Virus record (IMG/VR): IMGVR_UViG_3300005673_000057
Span: 1 to 64,000 of that record
Direction: 5' to 3' (one strand)
DNA: 64,000 nucleotides
From: a virus
Taxonomy: Duplodnaviria; Caudoviricetes
The notes beneath the pieces were generated by a model. That model was not told the origin of the DNA, did not search any database, and saw only the letters and a program-made list of their open reading frames with translations. The position numbers and the translations under genes are program-made. Of the stretch, positions 1 through 8,818 are shown piece after piece. Each line of letters opens with the position of its first letter. Position 1 is the first letter of the stretch.

Positions 1-92
1 GCTAGAAACTGCCCAGCCGCCTCCCTGATCTTGGCCATGTCCTTCTTTTGATCGTCGGTCGGTAGCAGATATTCAAATACGGTCTTATGCAT
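1..92 (-). CDS. partial small protein, possibly Acb2/Tad1-like helical hairpin (truncated by window edge)
   Basis: ATG at 92 overlaps the stop of the upstream oxidoreductase; reads MHKTVFEYLLPTDDQKKDMAKIREAAGQFL; spacing resembles the Acb2 N-terminal helix. Confidence 0.35.
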   Translation of the reverse strand, partial: MHKTVFEYLLPTDDQKKDMAKIREAAGQFL

Positions 93-930
93 TTTGCGCC
101 TCCAACAAGACCTTCAGGCACCTAAGCCCATCCTCACCAGTCGCTCCAATGCCATCCGTCGAAGCCCCACCAGACTCCACTCGTTTGATAAACTCTTTCA
201 TTTCGTCCACATAAGTTTGCTCGTGTGAGCCCTCGACTGCGATAATCTCTCTGCCCTGCCTGCTGAAGATGTGGACAGTGAAGTTATCCAAATCTCCAAG
301 GATCGAGGCATCTGGTCCATGGATGGCAAAACAACGGTCACTTGGACCATGATAGCTCAAGTCGATATGCACAAGTGACCCACTGCCATATCGAATGATA
401 AACTCAGCATGGTCATGTGCGACCTTGGAATGGCCCGGCATGACAGAGAGATTCTTGCTCAGTAGATATAGCGCCAGATCGACTTCGTGTGCTCCCCAAT
501 TGAGAATAACCGGGTCCTTGGCATCCTTCTTTTCCTGATGCAGTCGAAACCATGCCCCATGATATGGGCCGCCTAATTCATGCATGCGCTCCTTCACCAC
601 CTTGACGACTGGATGATAGCGACAATTATTAGCTACCATTATTACCTTTTTACTCACAGCCAACATGGCTTTAATGTCGATAGCGCACTGATCGCTAGTA
701 CCAATTGGCTTTTCCACAAACAGGTGCTTACTCTGAAAGTGGCAATACATATCAATGGTATGCTGGTCAGATGGGGTTGCGATGACTATCGCCTCGGCAT
801 CTTCCATTAACTCCAAGCCATGTGAAGTTGGGTCCGCTATGTCGTGAGTGTAGATATCGTGGCCCATCGCCCTTAAGTTCTTGGCATGAACCATTCCGAT
901 GGAGCCTAAACCAAGGATTCCTATCTGCAT
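85..930 (-). CDS. Gfo/Idh/MocA family NAD(P)-dependent oxidoreductase
   Basis: IGILGLGSIG Rossmann motif, IVIATP, HLFVEKP signature, NWGAHEVD; start placed at second Met (930). Confidence 0.9.
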   Translation of the reverse strand: MQIGILGLGSIGMVHAKNLRAMGHDIYTHDIADPTSHGLELMEDAEAIVIATPSDQHTIDMYCHFQSKHLFVEKPIGTSDQCAIDIKAMLAVSKKVIMVANNCRYHPVVKVVKERMHELGGPYHGAWFRLHQEKKDAKDPVILNWGAHEVDLALYLLSKNLSVMPGHSKVAHDHAEFIIRYGSGSLVHIDLSYHGPSDRCFAIHGPDASILGDLDNFTVHIFSRQGREIIAVEGSHEQTYVDEMKEFIKRVESGGASTDGIGATGEDGLRCLKVLLEAQNA

Positions 931-1202
931 TTCAGCAAATCCCTGAATGCAGTCCACTCAGCAATCATAAATTCTGCCACCTCTCTCATTTCGGCATTTG
1001 TTAAGTAGTGCTTGCCAAATTCTTTCTTGTCTTCATCGCTCCACCATCCAGGTAGGGGCCAGCTAACTCCACCGTCGTATCCCTCAGACACTACAAAACT
1101 ATTATCTTTATAGTCTCGCGATAGTCCCACTATGCCACAATGGGCATATAGCCTTTTGCCTGTACTAAGGATGTATTCGTCCCCTTCTTTATCAAAAATC
1201 AT
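921..1202 (-). CDS. hypothetical protein
   Basis: 93 aa ORF tightly overlapping both neighbours in the operon. Confidence 0.65.
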   Translation of the reverse strand: MIFDKEGDEYILSTGKRLYAHCGIVGLSRDYKDNSFVVSEGYDGGVSWPLPGWWSDEDKKEFGKHYLTNAEMREVAEFMIAEWTAFRDLLKCR

Positions 1203-1873
1203 GGCTCTAGCGGAAAGCCGCCCTCCACATTCTTCTTCAGGATCGTGACTGCCACACGGTTATTGTGGTCGATCACATCCTCTTCGGCATCATGTGACAT
1301 GAACCTCTGATGGTAAATGCTGTAGTGCGGGTGAGCGAGCCAGAGGCGTGAGTAGTCCATCTTGTAGGTACGCAGGGCCCGGTCATACTTGTAATTCTTG
1401 GAATGTGGATAATCCGGCTTGAAGTCGTAAACCACCAGATACCCATTATTATCCAGAATGCGATCACCCTCCCGCACGATCTGGAATAGCTCCTCCGGGT
1501 CACACTGGTAAAGGCAGAAGCCGTAGATCACCAAGTCAAAGCCGCCAGTCGGCAGGCCCTTCAGATTGGCAGCCTCACGAATGCCAATCTGCATGTTATT
1601 TGTGCCATAGGTCTGTACGCCATGACGAATGGCATCCTCCGATAGATCGCAGCCCCAGACCTTACAGCCCCAGTAGTCGCGCATGGCAGCCAGCCTGTAG
1701 CCATTGCCACAGCCTACCTCGAATACTTCTCTAGGCTCGATCCTGGCATCCACCAGCGCCCTAATGACAGGATCGCTGGTATAGACATTGACGCTATCGG
1801 AGAATTTGCGGTGATTACGCTCGTGCCACTCGTCCGCTTCCGACTGCATCCATCGCGTTGCTTGCAAGCCCAC
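1199..1873 (-). CDS. class I SAM-dependent methyltransferase (resembles Pse-locus-associated methylases)
   Basis: VFEVGCGNGYRL motif I, WGCDLS motif II, FDLVIYGFCLY, N-terminal EADEWHERN. Confidence 0.85.
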   Translation of the reverse strand: MGLQATRWMQSEADEWHERNHRKFSDSVNVYTSDPVIRALVDARIEPREVFEVGCGNGYRLAAMRDYWGCKVWGCDLSEDAIRHGVQTYGTNNMQIGIREAANLKGLPTGGFDLVIYGFCLYQCDPEELFQIVREGDRILDNNGYLVVYDFKPDYPHSKNYKYDRALRTYKMDYSRLWLAHPHYSIYHQRFMSHDAEEDVIDHNNRVAVTILKKNVEGGFPLEP

Positions 1874-2435
1874 GGCGCTGCCTCCCTATTTGGATTACCT
1901 CACTGCATGGAGTGTCCCACCCCCTAGACAAAAGGGGCCAGACTTCATTCAGGTCTCTCTTAAAGTGACGACTTCCTGCTCCAATCTGCGGCGTTGCAAT
2001 TAGCCCACCATTCCTGATTGATGGCCACATTCTTTGAAATAGACGTTCTGCTGCATCATGCAGTGCCATATACGAGCTATTTAGCGTCTCTCTCTCAGGG
2101 GAGGTAAATTCTACATTTGTCGTAGCAATGATCGGCCCAGTATCTACGCCCTCGTCTGGAACATAGTGGATGGATACGCCATGTGGCTCCTCATTGAGCC
2201 ATCCCCATAGATTGGGATTCGCCCCCCTGCCATACGGCAGAACGCTTGTATGTATATTGATGACGCCGCGTCGAAATACATCAATGACATCCTGTCGCAG
2301 GATATCGCGGTATCCATACATAACCGCAATCTCACACTGACCGGCATCTTCTATAAGATAGAAGACGCCGTCACCAGTATCTTTGATAGTCTTTTCGAGA
2401 TTCAGTCCATACGGACTCAAGAGGAGAACATTCAT
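1815..2435 (-). CDS. N-formyltransferase (Formyl_trans_N, sugar formyltransferase-like)
   Basis: INIHTSVLPYGRGANP catalytic motif, GVSIHY, DEGVDTGPII. Confidence 0.9.
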   Translation of the reverse strand: MNVLLLSPYGLNLEKTIKDTGDGVFYLIEDAGQCEIAVMYGYRDILRQDVIDVFRRGVINIHTSVLPYGRGANPNLWGWLNEEPHGVSIHYVPDEGVDTGPIIATTNVEFTSPERETLNSSYMALHDAAERLFQRMWPSIRNGGLIATPQIGAGSRHFKRDLNEVWPLLSRGWDTPCSEVIQIGRQRRGLASNAMDAVGSGRVARA

Positions 2436-3061
2436 GATTGATCACTCAGTCTAAACCCAGCGGGCTTGAGCCACAGATGCTCTGGCCAGCCACGCCTAAT
2501 TCTACCTTCAACAGTTTTGTAGGTTATACCGAACCGTTCGGCGGCTTCTATAAGTGGCATTATGCCATACTCAGTCTTTATCCATCTTACATTCCTCGTA
2601 TTTCTGGACTGTTCAGCCTTCGTGATCCAGATGCAATTATCTTTTGAGTACCCGAGATCATTGTTTTTTCGTTCTATGGTTAGCCATGGCTGATATGTTG
2701 CACCCATGTCTCGATAGAAGGCATCAAAACTCTCCCATTCTTTGCAGACGAAGATTCCCCTACCGCCATAGTTTTCCCAACTAGTATCATTTGGATTAGA
2801 GCATCTAGACTTCATGTCAGCCCACACTCGATATATTCTAGAATGCCCAGAAACTTTAGCCTGACCATGCTTATACCCATGTCTAGAGCACCCACATGAT
2901 CTTCTCCTGCGAAAATAGCAACTCTCTATCGTAACTTCATTCCCGCAGTCACACTGGCAAAGCCATAGGCGACTTTTGGATTTGCGGCTAGAGAGGCCCG
3001 CATCCTTGATAGCCACTAGTCTCCCATAGCGCCCCCCGGCATGATTAATTGGCTTTGTCAC
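2432..3061 (-). CDS. HNH homing endonuclease
   Basis: WLCQCDCG, YGGRGIFVC, LTIERKNNDLGYSKDNCIW. Confidence 0.85.
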   Translation of the reverse strand: MTKPINHAGGRYGRLVAIKDAGLSSRKSKSRLWLCQCDCGNEVTIESCYFRRRRSCGCSRHGYKHGQAKVSGHSRIYRVWADMKSRCSNPNDTSWENYGGRGIFVCKEWESFDAFYRDMGATYQPWLTIERKNNDLGYSKDNCIWITKAEQSRNTRNVRWIKTEYGIMPLIEAAERFGITYKTVEGRIRRGWPEHLWLKPAGFRLSDQS

Positions 3062-4065
3062 TTTCCTTCCACTTTGTATAGTTTTCTCAATTCATCAGTC
3101 ATTTCTGGATGCCACTTATTGTGCGGCACATTGCGCACAAACTCGATGGAGCGAATGGCGGCATACTCCGCACGATACCCTAACTGGTGCTCGACTATCT
3201 CCCCCCATAGCACAACTGAGCCATAGGCTACGCCATTGCTATAGAATCTCTCATTGCCAAACTCTTGGATGCAATGAGACATATTCTTGAAGGCATAGAC
3301 ACCAAGGCCATCACGCAGATGGTTCTCACCAGCCTTCATTGGTTCGCCCGGAGCCCATGCACGATCTGCCGCCGTGCTCCACAGGAAGCCACTATTGTGA
3401 ATAGGCCAGCAACGGTAGGCGATGATCTCTCCCACTCTTATGCCCTCGTCCTTGATCTTCTTCTTTGGCTCTGGCGTGCCTGTGATGCTGTATCCACCAG
3501 CAACAGTGTTGCTCCAAAAGTATGGAGTGTATGTTGGATTCTGATATTGCATCATCTGCTGCGCTTGTAGCCGCGCCCGCTTCAGTAGCATTTGCTGGTA
3601 CGCGGCCTGTTGAGCACTATGCGAAGTTACGGAGCCTTGACTGGTTCCTCCGATGGCTCCGTAGTAGGGGTAGCTGGAACCGAAGACGGTGTTTCCGGCG
3701 TTGTTGATGGTGTATGTACCGGGCGCGGCAATACTGGTTCCTGTGGGCTGGCTTCCACTGGATGGTCCAGTGGCACTACCGTGTACTTTTTGATCGGTTC
3801 CCCGATGTATGCCATCTTTATCCTCCATTTTGTGTAACAGGTTGCCCTTACTGTCGTAAATTCTGATTATCTCACAGTCGAGAGTACAATCATAGTCAAC
3901 CACATATGATGTTGGCTCTCCACTAGGTCCGGCATAGCTAAATCGTTGACGTGCATCAATGTCGCTCCATCTATCTTGTGGTAACCAAACACCTGCAACA
4001 TGATCCGGCCGAGTCCATAAGACTTGGTTTTTATGGATAGCAAAGTCTGAGTCTTTGTAACTCAT
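3058..4065 (-). CDS. hypothetical protein with G/S/T- and Q-rich linker
   Basis: 335 aa ORF overlapping neighbours; low-complexity middle and globular-looking C-terminus (GEIIAYRCW...GLGVYAFK). Confidence 0.7.
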   Translation of the reverse strand: MSYKDSDFAIHKNQVLWTRPDHVAGVWLPQDRWSDIDARQRFSYAGPSGEPTSYVVDYDCTLDCEIIRIYDSKGNLLHKMEDKDGIHRGTDQKVHGSATGPSSGSQPTGTSIAAPGTYTINNAGNTVFGSSYPYYGAIGGTSQGSVTSHSAQQAAYQQMLLKRARLQAQQMMQYQNPTYTPYFWSNTVAGGYSITGTPEPKKKIKDEGIRVGEIIAYRCWPIHNSGFLWSTAADRAWAPGEPMKAGENHLRDGLGVYAFKNMSHCIQEFGNERFYSNGVAYGSVVLWGEIVEHQLGYRAEYAAIRSIEFVRNVPHNKWHPEMTDELRKLYKVEGK

Positions 4066-4574
4066 TATCGCATCTTCCCATAATAGACCGCATCGACTGG
4101 CTTATCGTCCAAGAGAAAGTGGTCCTTGCGGCCGCCATCAATCTTCATACCGGTCTTTGTGGCAACCTGCCGCATGGCCAAGTTAGGAGACATGCAGCCA
4201 CACTCGATCTTGCGTATCTTCAGTTCCTCAAAGCACCAGCGCATGACTTCAGCCCAAGCCTCGGTCGCATAGCCCTTACCCCATGCATCCCTTTCACCAA
4301 TCAGGATGCCCATATCGCCGACATCGTTCTCAGCGTCATATGTAACGCCAACGGTGCCGATATCACGACCATCCAGTTGGATTACCCAAAGGTGACCACA
4401 CAAGCCAAAATCAAACACATAATTAGTCTGACTGAGGCGGTCATGTTTGTGAAAGCGTTGCCCGCTGTATTTCACCACTTCAGGATCATTCAGCCAGTCA
4501 ACGTGTTGCTGCGTTACCCTCTCTGGCGTATAGGGCATCAGTACGAGACGCTCGGTCTTTAGCTCAGGCGTCAT
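4065..4574 (-). CDS. GNAT N-acetyltransferase (RimJ/RimL, PseH-like)
   Basis: LKTERLVL N-terminus, MGILIGERDAWGKGYATEA acetyl-CoA motif, NLAMRQVATKTG; start moved to Met at 4574. Confidence 0.9.
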   Translation of the reverse strand: MTPELKTERLVLMPYTPERVTQQHVDWLNDPEVVKYSGQRFHKHDRLSQTNYVFDFGLCGHLWVIQLDGRDIGTVGVTYDAENDVGDMGILIGERDAWGKGYATEAWAEVMRWCFEELKIRKIECGCMSPNLAMRQVATKTGMKIDGGRKDHFLLDDKPVDAVYYGKMR

Positions 4575-4755
4575 CGTCTGCCTTACGCCTCGGCGCTGGC
4601 ATCCGCTCCCTGATATGGCGGCATACCTCATACATCATTTCGCAGATCATGAGGATAGTGCCAGCTTCAGGACTGTAACCACCAAGCGGCCTGCGCTTGC
4701 TGATCTCAGTCATCAGCGTCTTTTCATATCGGTCTAACTGGTCGCGGCTGAGCAT
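4564..4755 (-). CDS. hypothetical protein
   Basis: 63 aa ORF overlapping the GNAT start. Confidence 0.55.
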   Translation of the reverse strand: MLSRDQLDRYEKTLMTEISKRRPLGGYSPEAGTILMICEMMYEVCRHIRERMPAPRRKADDDA

Positions 4756-4910
4756 CTTTCACTCCAAAACAGAGGTCTTCATTGTCACTCGAAGTCATTC
4801 CACATAGGGCGCATTCATAACCAAAGCCAAGAAACACTACCTTACGGAAGCCGCACCACTTTCCACGATACCATTCATAGTCAGGTGGCTCTTGCGTCGC
4901 GATGCCATGA

Positions 4911-5099
4911 TTAGCCCTTCTTGATGAATTTGGTTTTGCGCTTGGACTTGCCGGTGGAGTCCAGCTTGTAAACAGCGATGGCTCGATCCTGTTGGTCTTC
5001 AAGACCATCATGGGCTTCGTCTACGTCAATATGACTATTGAAATAGACGATATTACCGTCCTCATGACGAGTGACATACAGCTTCTTTGGAAACTTCAT
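4911..5099 (-). CDS. hypothetical protein
   Basis: MKFPKKLYVTRHEDG..., GGAGGG Shine-Dalgarno upstream of ATG 5099. Confidence 0.6.
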   Translation of the reverse strand: MKFPKKLYVTRHEDGNIVYFNSHIDVDEAHDGLEDQQDRAIAVYKLDSTGKSKRKTKFIKKG

Positions 5100-5162
5100 G
5101 CGGCCCTCCACTGCCTGGACCCAATTCGTGTCACATGCTAAGGGAGAAGTCAAGGTGAAAGT

Positions 5163-5237
5163 TGGAGCGGGTTGTGGGGATCGAACCCACCTCAATCTGC
5201 TTGGAAGGCAGATGCACTCCCAGAATGCTAAACCCGC
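5163..5237 (-). tRNA. tRNA-Gly (anticodon TCC)
   Basis: GCGGGTT/AACCCGC acceptor stem, TCTGC-CTTCCAA-GCAGA anticodon arm, GTTCGATC T-loop, encoded CCA. Confidence 0.95.
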
Positions 5238-5238
5238 G

Positions 5239-5323
5239 TGGAAGGGGAGGGATTTGAACCCCCGGAACCTCTCGGTTCTTCGCTTTTCAAGAGCGCTCCG
5301 TTAAACCACTCCGGCACCCTTCC
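5239..5323 (-). tRNA. tRNA-Ser (anticodon TGA)
   Basis: GGAAGGG/CCCTTCC acceptor stem, CTTGAAA anticodon loop, long variable arm, GTTCAAATC T-loop, terminal CCA. Confidence 0.93.
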
Positions 5324-5702
5324 GTTTTCGCACGTAATCCCGAACGGCCTTTCTGCACAACTCACAGGCACAGTATCTTCTAGTCGAAGTCGTGCCATGT
5401 GAGCCCTTGGCTATCCTCAGCCCGCGCTCTGTAGTAGTTTTTATAGAATGACACGGCTGACACAGCACCTGACACTTCTCAAGCTCCTTAAGAACTTCAC
5501 TCCATCGCTTATTTAGCAACTTCCCAATGGGGAAGGACTTGGACGCGCGGTCAATGTGGTCAAATTGCAGGTTTTCTATTGAGCCACACTTCACGCACTT
5601 CGCGCCAAGAATTTCAAAACACTTCTGTTTTCTCACATGGTAGTAAGATCGGCTATAGTCTCGATGGTACGCGCGATCCTTCATTAAGCCAGACTCTGCC
5701 AC
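5301..5702 (-). CDS. HNH endonuclease (McrA-like, Zn-binding) overlapping tRNA-Ser
   Basis: CVKCGSIENLQFDHID...CQVLCQPCHSIKT; stop codon lies in the tRNA-Ser D-loop. Confidence 0.85.
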   Translation of the reverse strand: MAESGLMKDRAYHRDYSRSYYHVRKQKCFEILGAKCVKCGSIENLQFDHIDRASKSFPIGKLLNKRWSEVLKELEKCQVLCQPCHSIKTTTERGLRIAKGSHGTTSTRRYCACELCRKAVRDYVRKRKGAGVV

Positions 5703-5708
5703 CTCTCC
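5682..5708 (-). pseudogene. 5' fragment of a second tRNA-Ser (acceptor 5' strand plus D-arm)
   Basis: minus strand GGAGAGGTGGCAGAGTCTGGCTTAATG resembles a tRNA-Ser 5' end; no anticodon or T arm follows. Confidence 0.55.
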
Positions 5709-5931
5709 AGCATTCTCGTGAGGCAGGACGCTGCTACCCCAAGACGGGTCATGGGGTCAACGGTATAATGGTGTGCTTGACCTGAGCGGTGTGGTCGGTA
5801 AAGTTCCGAATCTGGGGGCTGCGGTTACCCGACCTTGTGCCGACTGAGCGACCACCCCCAAAAAGGAGAACCCGCCCGGAGAGTGACCGCCGGACGGGCT
5901 CAGGAAGGAAGATTCGTCAATGACGAGTCAG

Positions 5932-5961
5932 AGTGTAAGTGCTAAACCTACACCCTGTCAA
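5932..5961 (-). promoter_or_regulatory. sigma70-like promoter for tRNA/accessory block
   Basis: minus strand TTGACA-N18-TACACT. Confidence 0.55.
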
Positions 5962-6279
5962 TAGCAACTCGCCACTGACGGTTCCAGCCCTCCCGCAAAA
6001 AATTCACGCCGAGCCCGGCCGGTGCAGCATGTCGGGGACGAAGCGGGGGGTAGAAACGTACCTCCGACCCCGGCAAACGCCTTGACAGGGCTATGCTGGC
6101 ATCCTTGGGCATTATGGGTAGTAACTGACTGATCCCGGTCAAGTGTGATGGGATGTACTGGCGGCTGGTCCCCGAGATAGGACACCCAAGGGTATACCCG
6201 CTACTGTCACCCACATCACCGCATGGGCTTGGACCCTGGGTTGCGGAGGGCGGCCTATGCCATGATATGATTAAGAGCC

Positions 6280-7938
6280 ATGGACTTAAACCCACAGCTA
6301 CTCCTTAATGCTCAGGCCAAGTTCCAAGAGATCACTGAGCGTGAAGAGTGTGAAGAATCACTGTACGCCTTCCTGAAAAAGGGATGGAAGTACATAGACC
6401 CGGCCCCTTTCGTTGGCGGCTGGCACTTGGAAGCAATAGCTGAGCATTTACAGGCAGTTACAGATGGTCAGATCAGGCGGCTTTTAATCACAGTGCCCCC
6501 CAGAACAAGCAAGTCCAGTTTATGCAGCGTCGGATGGCCAGCCTGGACGTGGGCGCAGTCCCGAATCGGTCCTACCAGCGGGCCCCAGGTCCAGTTTCTA
6601 TCGGCATCCTATTCTCACTCCCTGAGTTTGCGTGATTCGGTAAAAACGCGGCGGGTGATAGAATCGCCGTGGTACAAAAAGCACTGGGGAAACCGCTTCC
6701 AGATGACTGGCGACGTGAATACCAAGGGAAGGTACGAGAATAACAAAGGCGGCTACCGAATCGCTACGTCAGTAGACGGCACAACTACAGGCGAAGGTGG
6801 GATGATAATCCTAGTGGATGATGCCCATTCAGCGACAGAAGTTGAGTCAGATCAAGTACGTGAGTCCACCCTAATGTGGTGGGACGAAGCGATGAGCACG
6901 AGAATAAATTCTCAAGAATATGGCGTGTTTGTGGTAATTATGCAGCGTCTTCATCATGCCGATCTAGCTGGGCACATTTTGGCTAGGGAGGGTTCTGACT
7001 GGACACATCTTTGCTTGCCGATGCACCATGACCCTAAGCGTCACTGTGTGACCATGGTGAATGGTGCTAAGTTTTGGGAGGACCCTCGTACAAAGCCTGA
7101 AGAGCTTCTTTGTCCTGATCGCTTCTCTGAAGAGGCTTGTGTGTCATTAGCGCGGCGTCTTGGGCCATTTGCTGCGGCTGGGCAACTTGAGCAAATTCCC
7201 GTCCCCAGAGGCGGGGGCATTATTAAAGAAGAGTGGTGGGGCCAGTGGACTGACCCCACCTATCCTCAATTTAGCTTCGTGGTGGCATCTCTTGATTCTG
7301 CCTACACAGAGAAAGAGGAGAATGATCCATCCGCTCTAACTATTTGGGGTGTCTATCTAAATGAAAACAAACAACCGCGAATCATGTTGATATATGGGTT
7401 TCAAGATCGCCTCACTTTACCCGACTTGGTGGAGCGGGTAGTAGCCACATGCACAACTGCTCCGCTGCCAAATTCTAGTAAATATAAACACAGTCCAAGA
7501 TTTAGAATTGATAAATTGATCATCGAGAGTAAGGCGTCTGGAATATCAGTCTATCAAGAGCTTCAGAGGGTTATAGGGTTTTCTGGTCAATTCTCGATTG
7601 AGCTTTTTAACCCATCCAAGCTGGGCGACAAGCAGGCTAGGGTGTATTCTGTGCAGCATCTTTTTTCTGAAGGTCTCGTTTATGTTCCATGGCCGTCAGA
7701 AAAAGAGGGGCCAAATAAAGGAAAGCCATCGCTCTACCCGTATAGATGGGCAGAGGAGATTATTAATCAAATTACTCGGTTCCCCAGAGACACTCACGAT
7801 GATTTTTGTGATTCCATGAGCCAGTGTCTAAGATGGCTTAGGGATTCTGGACTACTTCAAAGAAACGAGGAGTATGCGTCAGATGTCCAAGATGAGCTTG
7901 CGTACAGAGGAAGGCAAATCCCGCTATACTCAGCCTGA
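6280..7938 (+). CDS. terL: terminase large subunit
   Basis: Walker A VPPRTSKS, Walker B IILVDDAH, VVIMQRLH coupling motif, RNase H-like SLDSAY...HDDFCDS. Confidence 0.93.
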   Translation: MDLNPQLLLNAQAKFQEITEREECEESLYAFLKKGWKYIDPAPFVGGWHLEAIAEHLQAVTDGQIRRLLITVPPRTSKSSLCSVGWPAWTWAQSRIGPTSGPQVQFLSASYSHSLSLRDSVKTRRVIESPWYKKHWGNRFQMTGDVNTKGRYENNKGGYRIATSVDGTTTGEGGMIILVDDAHSATEVESDQVRESTLMWWDEAMSTRINSQEYGVFVVIMQRLHHADLAGHILAREGSDWTHLCLPMHHDPKRHCVTMVNGAKFWEDPRTKPEELLCPDRFSEEACVSLARRLGPFAAAGQLEQIPVPRGGGIIKEEWWGQWTDPTYPQFSFVVASLDSAYTEKEENDPSALTIWGVYLNENKQPRIMLIYGFQDRLTLPDLVERVVATCTTAPLPNSSKYKHSPRFRIDKLIIESKASGISVYQELQRVIGFSGQFSIELFNPSKLGDKQARVYSVQHLFSEGLVYVPWPSEKEGPNKGKPSLYPYRWAEEIINQITRFPRDTHDDFCDSMSQCLRWLRDSGLLQRNEEYASDVQDELAYRGRQIPLYSA

Positions 7939-8413
7939 TCTGTCTGGACTATTTTGCTACCATCCAGAAAGCGGAGATATTATTTGGCTAAAGCATCAGA
8001 AAAATAATCAGGTTAAAGTTGGCTCTGTTGCTGGTGCGAAGAATAAAAGCGGTCATATCATGATTGGGTATGCTGGCAGGCGGTGGTATGCTCATCGTTT
8101 AGCGTGGTTTCTATATTATGGAGAGTGGCCCAGCACCCATATTGATCACATCAATGGAAATCCGCTTGATAACCGAATCACCAATCTCAGACTGGCGACG
8201 CAGTCGCAAAATATGATGAACAAGAGGAAGCTGTCCAGCAGTCGAGGAAAGTTCAAGGGGATTACTTGGCATAATAGGAACAAGAAATGGGTAGCGCAAA
8301 TCAAAAAAGATGGTAAAAATACGTACTTAGGTAGTTTTGCCTCTCAGGAGGAGGCTCATGCCAAGTATCGAGAGGTTGCGCAGATAAAATTTGGGGAGTT
8401 TGCGCGGACGTGA
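7874..8413 (+). CDS. HNH-AP2 homing endonuclease
   Basis: AHRLAW, IDHINGNPLDNRITNLRLAT, KWVAQI...YLGSF...KFGEFA; exact start (7874/7883/7892) uncertain. Confidence 0.9.
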   Translation: MRQMSKMSLRTEEGKSRYTQPDLSGLFCYHPESGDIIWLKHQKNNQVKVGSVAGAKNKSGHIMIGYAGRRWYAHRLAWFLYYGEWPSTHIDHINGNPLDNRITNLRLATQSQNMMNKRKLSSSRGKFKGITWHNRNKKWVAQIKKDGKNTYLGSFASQEEAHAKYREVAQIKFGEFART

Positions 8414-8601
8414 ACCACGAATGGGAGCCTACTAGCAATTACTGCATCAGATGCGGTTGCTATGCTTCCGACTTCGTGAATGGGTTAAGACTGCACTGCG
8501 ATGAGGTGGGGAATGCGGTGGGAATCTCCCATCGCATCGCCTTGAGGCAACTGGGGGTAAGGTATGAAAGCTCCGCGAGCGATAAGCCTAGAGCCTCCTA
8601 G
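8410..8601 (+). CDS. small Cys/His-containing hypothetical protein
   Basis: 63 aa ORF overlapping the HNH stop; CxxC motif. Confidence 0.5.
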   Translation: MNHEWEPTSNYCIRCGCYASDFVNGLRLHCDEVGNAVGISHRIALRQLGVRYESSASDKPRAS

Positions 8602-8818
8602 CGAGGACGAACTGGTTATGTTCGATCTGGGAGACCCAGATACCGGCGCACTCTTCTGGTCTGAGGAAAACGGCTTCGTCCTAAAGCTGCCGGACGACAC
8701 CCCGGCCGACAAGCTTCCCGTCCCACTTTACATCCTTGGTCTCTGCTTTTTCAGGTTGAAGTACGACACAGACTTCGCCCAAGACATGCTGGATTGGTCA
8801 AAGAGGAAACCTCACTGA
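8564..8818 (+). CDS. hypothetical protein
   Basis: 84 aa ORF coupled to the next gene. Confidence 0.6.
   Translation: MKAPRAISLEPPSEDELVMFDLGDPDTGALFWSEENGFVLKLPDDTPADKLPVPLYILGLCFFRLKYDTDFAQDMLDWSKRKPH

Noticed and set aside
4724-5011. 95-aa ORF with CxxC
   Set aside because: Overlaps a better-supported ORF and has no clear start or RBS
5163-5323. tRNAs as prophage attachment site
   Set aside because: No integrase and no duplicated tRNA 3' end in the window; the genes are embedded among phage ORFs
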